This document shows, in pieces, positions 25,847 to 33,097 of a stretch of 44,753 nt of DNA. Below the pieces are notes generated by a model. It searched no databases. It was not told the DNA's origin and saw only the letters and a program-made list of their open reading frames with translations. How positions within the stretch are numbered: the first letter of the stretch is position 1; each line of letters begins with the position of its first letter. Location of the stretch: the IMG/VR virus record IMGVR_UViG_3300045970_000214. One strand, 5' to 3'. The position numbers were made by a program, and so were the translations under genes. This DNA comes from a virus.

Positions 25847-26258
25847 TTCTTATCTCCAGGATAAAAGATCGTCTTTCGAAGAATGATTCTAGTCTACGCA
25901 ATGTTGGGAGAGAAAGCAATCCAGCTTTTTGTCCAGCTAGAATTCCTAGTTTCTTAGCAGGAAGGATGCAACCATAGGAATTTGTCTTATATCCCTTAGT
26001 TGAATCTCCTACCCAATTACCAGAATGTATTAATATATTACCTCTCCCATGTACATCAAGTACATGATAGCACCAACCGAACTTGGGACTTTTATCCCAT
26101 ATTACATTATAAACAGACGGGGGTATGCAGGAAAAGGTAGGTATATTATTACGCTCTGGAAGTTCTGAAAGGAAGCAGGAGAACGTAGAATCCTCAGATC
26201 GGAGTACAGAGAATGTCCCTTGATCTGAGGTAGATGTCCTGAGAGCAAAGGCTTTCAC
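25818..26258 (-). CDS. DUF5675-like protein with YkuD-type His/Cys motif (endolysin candidate)
   Basis: GTFSVL...LELPERNNIP.FSCIPPSVY...SPKFG..YHVLDV.GR.NILIHSGN...SYGCIL. Confidence 0.55.
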   Translation of the reverse strand: MKAFALRTSTSDQGTFSVLRSEDSTFSCFLSELPERNNIPTFSCIPPSVYNVIWDKSPKFGWCYHVLDVHGRGNILIHSGNWVGDSTKGYKTNSYGCILPAKKLGILAGQKAGLLSLPTLRRLESFFERRSFILEIRNAYDPIITP

Positions 26259-26554
26259 GGAGTACCCTCTCTATTATTTCTATCTTCTTTTCTTCTTTCC
26301 ATATAACCTTCCATCCTTGCGATAGAAGATTTTATTTCTGATACTGTAGTCGTAAGAGTATCATGTTTTCGGAATAAGATATTAAACTTATCATTCTCTT
26401 CCGTCGTATGTACATCAAAGACTTCATGTGTTATTAACTTCGATTCTATATTCTTGAGTCTGCTATCTAACATAGTCCATATGAAAGCTGTAGCAGACCC
26501 AATTAGAGCTACCACCTCAAGTAGATTCTTCACCTCTTCCTGCAGTATGTTCAT
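26255..26554 (-). CDS. N-terminally membrane-anchored coiled-coil protein (i-spanin- or antiholin-like)
   Basis: TM LLEVVALIGSATAFIWTML, then a charged helical region; part of the lysis cluster. Confidence 0.4.
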   Translation of the reverse strand: MNILQEEVKNLLEVVALIGSATAFIWTMLDSRLKNIESKLITHEVFDVHTTEENDKFNILFRKHDTLTTTVSEIKSSIARMEGYMERRKEDRNNREGTP

Positions 26555-26999
26555 TATAATAATCCTTTATGAGGTAGAAAATATCATCGGGTGGTAGAAA
26601 AGCTTCCTTGATAAAACTCTGTTGTTCCCAGATACCAAACTGATTACCTCTGAGATACTTTCTTGATTTTAATATATTCAAATTATCTTTATATCCGAAT
26701 ATATTAGGATCTGATACAGACCAGATAACTACACCTGGTTTTATACCACGAGCAAAATGAGGTAAAAAACTATCTACTGCAATCCAGATAGAACACCCTG
26801 TAACAAGATCTTTTATATATTTAAGAGAAGGTTGTTTTATAAAAACATCTGTTAATTGCTCTTCTCCATCAAGACCTATTTGGACTACGTTCTTATCTAA
26901 TTCATAAAGACGATGGATAAGTTCTGACCATCTATGATATGTCTTGGCATTAGGCATACCATTACGAAGTTTCTGTGCATAAGGTTGTATGAGTATCAT
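26517..26999 (-). CDS. C-terminal half of a GT9 (heptosyltransferase-like) GT-B glycosyltransferase
   Basis: NAKTYHRWSELI..L.E.DKNVVQIGLDGEE; SLK.I.DLV..C.IWIAVDSFLPHFA; PGVVIWSVSDP. The ATG overlaps the upstream stop (ATGA). Confidence 0.6.
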   Translation of the reverse strand: MILIQPYAQKLRNGMPNAKTYHRWSELIHRLYELDKNVVQIGLDGEEQLTDVFIKQPSLKYIKDLVTGCSIWIAVDSFLPHFARGIKPGVVIWSVSDPNIFGYKDNLNILKSRKYLRGNQFGIWEQQSFIKEAFLPPDDIFYLIKDYYNEHTAGRGEEST

Positions 27000-28597
27000 A
27001 GCAAATACATCCTACGATAAGCTTCTTCTATGGAACCTTTCCAATCTCGTTCCGACATCCAGTCGTAGATATTATCTCCATTGAGTTCAGTAGATCTTTC
27101 GACTGATATGAAGTGAACTCCCATATCTTGAAAAACCTCAGGATAACAAGATCCAAGAACTATGATAGGATATTTCTTTTTAAGTTCTGGGAGGATTCTG
27201 GAGAATACTATATTATCTCCTAGACCTACTCCAAGATGTATCAACTTCATACCCCATTCATTCTCTATTATCTTATTGAATTCTACTTGATCCCAATTAT
27301 AAGCCCATTCCATATCAGGATTCCCAGTCCTAGTACCTCCTGTTCTGGCCTTATAATGATATGTATGTATGGTTGTATCAACGATAAGACGATAACCAGC
27401 AAGTCTTAGACGATGTGAAAATATACTCTCTTCGTGAAAAGCCGCCGGAGACATATTATGTTTATAGTTGGTTATTCCAGCACGATATAAGAAGGAGGAA
27501 TATAACCACTCAACTTCGTATATACCATGATTAGGAGCCCACTGTACATTATTACGATCAAAGAAATGTTCTTTTTTTGTAGCATCTCCAAACACTATCC
27601 TATCTGGTTCATAGACAGCTCCGGCAGACGCTCCTATATCAGTAGAACTCCCTAAGATTTTAACTAATCTTTCTAACACATCAGGTTCAGCTATTGTATC
27701 ATCATCAAGACGCCATACATAATCATAGCCTGATGTGTTAGATAACTGATGTGCTATATGTTGTCCTCTACCTGGAGTGAATACAACTTCCCACTCTATT
27801 CCTTTCTGAGATAGAAGAGGAAGTAAATATCTTCCAACAACATGTTCTCTTACATCCATCTTATTCGGAGAGTCATCATAGATTATTATCTTATCTGGTT
27901 TGACTGTCTGAAATGCAACAGATTGTAATGTAAGCATAAGACAATCATATCTATCTCTTGTAGGGATAGCACAAAGGATTGTCTTTTTATTGCTATATTC
28001 TTTACCTTCCTCCCATGTCATGATAAGGAGATTCGTAGGTTCTTGTGTCGGTGTATCATGAAGAGAACCATCTACGTGCATATATATGTAATAGAAGGAA
28101 GGAAAATCCTTAGCTTTCAGATGATGCAGAACGTGATGTTTTCCCCAGAATCCAGGAAACTCATTATAGGGAGTTGATATAATCAGAGTAGAACAATGTT
28201 TCTTTAACTCTTGTGCTACTTCCTTACCTCTAGCTATATGCTCAAGAATCTCATAAGCTATGATTATGTCATACTTCCTAGTATTAGTTTCTAGGAATTC
28301 TTCTATTCCACTTTGTACAAACTTATGACTAGAGTCTTCGAAATTCTTCTTAGCGAATTCTACTATACCCGCATCATAGTCAACGCCTGTGTAATCTATA
28401 GAAGAAGGAAGTATCTTAGTTCCATATCCAGAAGCACATCCGAACTCAAGAACAGACATCCCTTCTTTTATAAATGTGGCTGCAAACTTATACCTGTTAT
28501 ATTCTCTAGGAAGATTGGTCTCACTAAGTTCTTCCGTATTTCCTATAACAGGTCTTTCCCAATCATTACCTAGTGCATATTGTTCTTCATCTGACAT
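26996..28597 (-). CDS. Tri-domain enzyme: class-I SAM methyltransferase + GT2 glycosyltransferase + N-terminal half of a GT9-like fold
   Basis: MT: VLEFGCASGYG, DIIIAYEILEHI. GT2: ILCAIPTRDRYD, IIIYDDS, WRLDDD. GT9-N: KLIHLGVGLGDNIVFSRILPELKKKYPIIVLG. Confidence 0.8.
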   Translation of the reverse strand: MSDEEQYALGNDWERPVIGNTEELSETNLPREYNRYKFAATFIKEGMSVLEFGCASGYGTKILPSSIDYTGVDYDAGIVEFAKKNFEDSSHKFVQSGIEEFLETNTRKYDIIIAYEILEHIARGKEVAQELKKHCSTLIISTPYNEFPGFWGKHHVLHHLKAKDFPSFYYIYMHVDGSLHDTPTQEPTNLLIMTWEEGKEYSNKKTILCAIPTRDRYDCLMLTLQSVAFQTVKPDKIIIYDDSPNKMDVREHVVGRYLLPLLSQKGIEWEVVFTPGRGQHIAHQLSNTSGYDYVWRLDDDTIAEPDVLERLVKILGSSTDIGASAGAVYEPDRIVFGDATKKEHFFDRNNVQWAPNHGIYEVEWLYSSFLYRAGITNYKHNMSPAAFHEESIFSHRLRLAGYRLIVDTTIHTYHYKARTGGTRTGNPDMEWAYNWDQVEFNKIIENEWGMKLIHLGVGLGDNIVFSRILPELKKKYPIIVLGSCYPEVFQDMGVHFISVERSTELNGDNIYDWMSERDWKGSIEEAYRRMYLL

Positions 28598-28655
28598 GAT
28601 ATCTCTCTCTGATTAGTAGGCTTGTCGCCTGGGTTTAACAACGAAATTATAAGAA

Positions 28656-31600
28656 TTAACTGTACTGTTCTATAACTATAAGTCCCGCTGAGCCTGCACC
28701 ACCACTTCTAAGACCGGAGGTTATAATAAGGGCTCCAGCACCCCCTGCTGCATATCCGTTAGCAACACCACCGTTATTAGAGCTTGTAGTAGGTCCTACT
28801 CCACCACCTCCTAGAGTTGAGTTAGCTCCATTACCTCCATGACCTACTACTTGAGAAGCCATCATACCAAACTCACCTACTCCACCACCTCCTAATACAT
28901 CACCACTGAATCCTATTGGTGCTCCTGCTCCTCCCGCTGCGAATTTACTAGCTACAGTACTTTGAGCACCACCAGATCCTCCTAGACCTCCAGAAGCAGA
29001 TACCACAGCAGTACCAGAGAATACAGTAAGACCTCCAGTAGCTCCAGAAAGGTTTCCTACACCTCCTGCACCACCTGCACCTATTCCAAAGTTATACCAA
29101 GTAGAGGATGAAACAGTCTGTCTATCTTCAGTATAACCTCCTGCACCACCTCCTCCTGCTACTGCACCAGAGGATGCTGTAGTAGAAGATACACCACCAC
29201 CACCTGCGCCAGCACCCCATAATCTTATGAAGATACCAGAAGTCTGAGCAGTTGTTTGAAATGAACCAGTAGCAGTAAGTACAGTCTTTTGTATAAAGGC
29301 TCCTGTTGAGCCAGTACCATTAGAACCAGAGAATCCTGAGTAACCAGAAGATCCATTAGTTCCATTAGACCCACTAGTACCATTAGTACCATTTGATCCA
29401 GAATAACCAGAATAACCAGAAGTTCCTCCACCTCCTCCTATAGTTCTCCATCTAGGATCATAGACATCTGTAAATATAAATTCTGCTTGTCCTCCAGAAG
29501 GTATTGCATATCCTGTATTAACAGCCAAAGCATTTATATAACTACCACTATGAGGATATACATATATGGTATTAGCTGTGATGTTAAATACACGATTTAA
29601 CTGGGATTTTACTGGCAAAGGTAATTTACAAGTACCGTTAGGATAACTGAATTTAATTATCGCATCACGACCTTGAATACGATCAGCATCCCAAGCTGTT
29701 GTTCCTATAGCATTACTAGCAGTATCATATGGAATAGGATAAAGAGTAACTAACCAATTGGATGCACTACTAACACATCTTAATACACTCTGAGGAGTAA
29801 CTGGAATACCGGCATCAACAGCCAGAGCTACGTTATTAACTATAAGAGAACCACCTGTTGGAGGATACACAAAGAATGTATAACCATAAGAATAAGCGGC
29901 AGTTGTCTCATTACCATTCTTGATAGTACATGTAACACCTAGAGAACAAGCTGGTAAACGTACACCCTCATCCTCTGTATTACTTAGAATATCAAGATCT
30001 GTAAAACCTGCTGTTATAGCAGAGGCAGTAGCAGCAGTAGTACCAGCAGAGGAGATACTGGTATAATTTCCAGCTCCTCCGTTGGTTCCACTATAACCAC
30101 TCTTTCCACTATAACCACTAGTACCAGTAGCCCCACTGAAACCACTTATCCCATTGGTTCCACTATAACCACTATAACCACTAGCACCACCTGATCCACC
30201 ACCTTCTGTTAACCATTGTCCTGTGTATTTATACAAGGAGATAGAGGTATTACCAGCTAATACAAAAGGAGCATTAACTGCTAAAGCATTTATACTAGCT
30301 CCAGATCCAGGATATACATTAATCGGAGCTGCCGTAGCATTGAATATAACTGCACGGCCATAATAATCAGATAGATCATTATGTGGGAGATATATACCTT
30401 GACCAGAAGTCCCAGAACTTATCCTAGCTACTTTACCTGGTATTAACGTAGCATTAGATTGATTAGTCCCACCTGCACCTACGTTAATTATATCAACATC
30501 AGCTGCACCAATCAGATTCCACATACTACTACCCATATACCTTAGTCTAATAGACTCATATGGTCGTAGTAGATAAGGAGCATTACCCCCTATCATATCT
30601 ATATAGGCAGTAGCAGTATCAGCATACACCTTAACTACATAACCACCATAATTATATACTTCTCTTATGGTATTAACAGTAGTGCTATTTAGATTAACAC
30701 CAAGAAAATTACCTCCAGCCCCTTGTACTATGGTTACATCAGTTGTTATATTAGCAGAGGTAGCAGCAGTCGTACCAGTAGGAGTTAAAGTACCTGTAGT
30801 AGAACCACCCGCACCATTAGTACCTGAATAACCAGAATATCCAGATGCACCATTAGTCCCATTTGAACCAGAATACCCAGAGACTCCGTTAGTCCCATTA
30901 GAGCCAGAGTATCCAGATACACCGTTCGTTCCATTAGAACCACTATATCCAGAATATCCACTAGTGCTAGTTCCATTGATACCATTAGAACCGGAATACC
31001 CAGAATAACCACTTGATCCATTAGTTCCGTTAGAACCAGAATAGCCACTTGTGCCATTTATTCCATTAGAGCCGGAGAATCCAGAATAACCGCTAGTACC
31101 ATTTGTACCATTAGATCCTGAATAACCACTTCTTCCAGAATATCCAGAGTATCCAGAAGGATCAGAAGGTCCACTAGCACCAGAATATCCAGAGAATCCT
31201 GAAACACCATCTGCTCCATAATAACCTGAATAGCCAGAGAATCCAGAAGCTACGAAATTACCAGGAGCTCCTGAGAAACCAGAATAACCACTTCTTCCGC
31301 TATATCCAGAGAATCCAGAATATCCACTATTACCTATAAGTCCAGAATATCCTGAAAAACCAGAGATACCAGAACCAGAATATCCAGAATATCCACTAAT
31401 ACCAGCAGGACCAGTGAAACCAGAATATCCAGAGATACCAGAAAGACCATTAGAACCTGAATAACCAGAAGGTCCAGAATAACCAGAAGGACTTGTAGCT
31501 CCTGGGAAACCTGAGAATCCTGATATACCAACACCAGAATATCCACTCTTCCCAGAGATACCACTGTATCCGCTATAACCAGAGAATCCACTATAGCCAC

Positions 31601-31808
31601 TAGCACTGCTATAACCAGAATATCCTGAAGGTCCAGAATAACCAGAATAGCCGGAACCCCCGCTCTTACCAGAATATCCTGATACTACATCAAGATTTCC
31701 ATAAGAGTCTACAGCAAGACCTGAGCGAGGTTTTACACCGCCTAATACAGTAGAGGAAGCTACAGGAACTTGTGCTACTATCTCTGGAGTATTATTAAAG
31801 GCACCCAT
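28656..31808 (-). CDS. Collagen-like tail fibre (1050 aa): three Gly-X-Y tracts, four ~90-aa beta modules, C-terminal Gly-rich domain
   Basis: Gly at every third residue over about 300 aa (GYSGYSGPSGYSG...), SNGTNG repeats, repeated (V/I)YP.SG..INALAVN modules, terminal GAGGGG-rich domain. Confidence 0.8.
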   Translation of the reverse strand: MGAFNNTPEIVAQVPVASSTVLGGVKPRSGLAVDSYGNLDVVSGYSGKSGGSGYSGYSGPSGYSGYSSASGYSGFSGYSGYSGISGKSGYSGVGISGFSGFPGATSPSGYSGPSGYSGSNGLSGISGYSGFTGPAGISGYSGYSGSGISGFSGYSGLIGNSGYSGFSGYSGRSGYSGFSGAPGNFVASGFSGYSGYYGADGVSGFSGYSGASGPSDPSGYSGYSGRSGYSGSNGTNGTSGYSGFSGSNGINGTSGYSGSNGTNGSSGYSGYSGSNGINGTSTSGYSGYSGSNGTNGVSGYSGSNGTNGVSGYSGSNGTNGASGYSGYSGTNGAGGSTTGTLTPTGTTAATSANITTDVTIVQGAGGNFLGVNLNSTTVNTIREVYNYGGYVVKVYADTATAYIDMIGGNAPYLLRPYESIRLRYMGSSMWNLIGAADVDIINVGAGGTNQSNATLIPGKVARISSGTSGQGIYLPHNDLSDYYGRAVIFNATAAPINVYPGSGASINALAVNAPFVLAGNTSISLYKYTGQWLTEGGGSGGASGYSGYSGTNGISGFSGATGTSGYSGKSGYSGTNGGAGNYTSISSAGTTAATASAITAGFTDLDILSNTEDEGVRLPACSLGVTCTIKNGNETTAAYSYGYTFFVYPPTGGSLIVNNVALAVDAGIPVTPQSVLRCVSSASNWLVTLYPIPYDTASNAIGTTAWDADRIQGRDAIIKFSYPNGTCKLPLPVKSQLNRVFNITANTIYVYPHSGSYINALAVNTGYAIPSGGQAEFIFTDVYDPRWRTIGGGGGTSGYSGYSGSNGTNGTSGSNGTNGSSGYSGFSGSNGTGSTGAFIQKTVLTATGSFQTTAQTSGIFIRLWGAGAGGGGVSSTTASSGAVAGGGGAGGYTEDRQTVSSSTWYNFGIGAGGAGGVGNLSGATGGLTVFSGTAVVSASGGLGGSGGAQSTVASKFAAGGAGAPIGFSGDVLGGGGVGEFGMMASQVVGHGGNGANSTLGGGGVGPTTSSNNGGVANGYAAGGAGALIITSGLRSGGAGSAGLIVIEQYS
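30800..31685 (-). repeat. Coding tandem repeat (9-nt periodic GYS/GFS/GxS collagen-like triplets, plus 27-36-nt SGSNGTNGxSGYSGY units)
   Basis: Periodicity is visible in DNA (ccagaatatccagaataacc...) and protein. Shorter tracts occur at about 30070-30210 and 29305-29445. Confidence 0.85.
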
Positions 31809-32413
31809 TATTTCGCCTCTGGAGTAATAAGATCTTCAAAATCTCTCTTTGCTGCGGTAAATAATTCATAGGCAGAACTCTCATATGACTTAGCTGAGGT
31901 ATCATCACCTATAGAACGAAATATTCTTGCGCAGGCTTTATCTATCACAGCCCACGGCATGAGATCAAGCATCCAATGTGTCTTATTGGTAACAAGATCT
32001 AGTTTATACGGAAACTGATAATAACCTATCTCAAGTGACGGAGTAAGTTCTCTAAGAACGTAGGTTATAGAATTACCTCCTACGTAATATACATCACGTT
32101 GGATAAACTCTCCAGGAGTGAATACTTTATCAGCTCCTATAGGATGAAGATATCTCTTAACATCCCTTGGTTTTACATACTTGAACTTACGGAAACGTGT
32201 TACAAGACTTGTGGGAACTACATTATTAAATTGAAGTGTAGCCCCATAAAGGGTAGGATCTACGACGAGAGAAGTCTCTACGAGATCCTTAGCCCAGTTG
32301 ACCTTAGTTGTATAAAGAGAGATAGTGGCATTGATGGCAGATTCGGTTTCCGTGCTCTTATCTGGACGAGCTGTTATTCCGATTGCCTCTGAAAGAGCTT
32401 CTGCGAATTCCAT
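31808..32413 (-). CDS. Head-tail adaptor / head-completion candidate (201 aa)
   Basis: Position between the capsid-associated small proteins and the fibre; its stop shares 1 nt with the fibre start. Confidence 0.35.
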   Translation of the reverse strand: MEFAEALSEAIGITARPDKSTETESAINATISLYTTKVNWAKDLVETSLVVDPTLYGATLQFNNVVPTSLVTRFRKFKYVKPRDVKRYLHPIGADKVFTPGEFIQRDVYYVGGNSITYVLRELTPSLEIGYYQFPYKLDLVTNKTHWMLDLMPWAVIDKACARIFRSIGDDTSAKSYESSAYELFTAAKRDFEDLITPEAK

Positions 32414-32429
32414 TATATGCCTCTATCTT

Positions 32430-32684
32430 TTAGGTCTTGATAACGACACCACGAGTTACCTGAACCTCAAGAACAGCTACCTGATCAAGAGTCTCTGGCA
32501 AGAATGTAGTACCACTCTTCTTAATTCTCGTAGCATTGTCATCATAGATTGAACCAACAGACGAGTTATAATGCACAGTAGCCTGAGCAGCTACAGTACC
32601 AGCATGATATGCATTACTTGCTCGTGCAGGATGATACGAAGCTTTGATAGAAGCGATCGAATTACTTTGAGTATTCTTCGCCAT
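32430..32684 (-). CDS. Small capsid-associated protein, paralogue B (84 aa)
   Basis: Shares a C-terminal ~24-aa module with the adjacent 110-aa ORF; lies downstream of the MCP gene. Confidence 0.4.
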   Translation of the reverse strand: MAKNTQSNSIASIKASYHPARASNAYHAGTVAAQATVHYNSSVGSIYDDNATRIKKSGTTFLPETLDQVAVLEVQVTRGVVIKT

Positions 32685-32693
32685 GTCAATCTC

Positions 32694-33026
32694 CTAGGAC
32701 TTAGTAACCCGGCCTTGTGTGACCTGGTACTCTAACATCGCAACATGATCTTCGTTCTCTGGCTTATACACATCCCCTTCTTTAGGAATAGGAGCGGCAT
32801 TAGAACCAAGAACACGAAAATCTCCCGTATATACTGCCTTCGTGGAGAACTTATCTACCTTCTTAGTAACAGGTGGAAGTTCGTTATGATTCACAGGAGG
32901 GATACGATCCGTGGGAAGATTATGATTCCCAGGAAAGTGACTATTCTGATTAGTCTGATTAGTACTAAGAGGATTCTGATTAAGAGGATTCTTCCCAGCA
33001 CTATCTAATTCATCTTTGAGAGACAT
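32694..33026 (-). CDS. Small capsid-associated protein, paralogue A (110 aa; N/Q/P-rich N-terminus)
   Basis: C-terminus YKPENEDHVAMLEYQVTQGRVTKS versus FLPETLDQVAVLEVQVTRGVVIKT in the next ORF. Confidence 0.4.
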   Translation of the reverse strand: MSLKDELDSAGKNPLNQNPLSTNQTNQNSHFPGNHNLPTDRIPPVNHNELPPVTKKVDKFSTKAVYTGDFRVLGSNAAPIPKEGDVYKPENEDHVAMLEYQVTQGRVTKS

Positions 33027-33055
33027 GATATGAGTTCCTTACAAGGTACAACAAG

Positions 33056-33087
33056 AAGACCTCCCCATCCTAAGACAGGGAAGTCTT
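33056..33087 (-). terminator. Hairpin just after the MCP gene (leaky terminator or mRNA stabiliser)
   Basis: AAGAC-C-TCCC / GGGA-A-GTCTT, 9 bp with one mismatch and a 12-nt loop; the - strand continues CTTCTTGTTGT. Confidence 0.4.
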
Positions 33088-33097
33088 AAAAGAACTC

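Noticed and set aside
28656-30800. Repeated modules in the fibre as template/variable repeats of a diversity-generating retroelement
   Set aside because: No reverse transcriptase gene exists anywhere in the genome. The copies are diverged at the protein level in all positions rather than showing adenine-specific differences.
29225-31606. Same-strand alternative-frame ORFs inside the fibre gene (29225-29431, 30785-31057, 31334-31606), with LV/DIL-rich repeats
   Set aside because: These are frame-shifted readings of the 9-nt periodic collagen-like repeat. The absence of stop codons follows from the repeat itself, not from coding.
30800-31685. Highly repetitive DNA that might be taken for a CRISPR array or a satellite
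   Set aside because: The period is 9 nt (27-36 nt for the larger units) with no unique spacers. It is in frame within a 1050-codon ORF, with Gly at every third residue.
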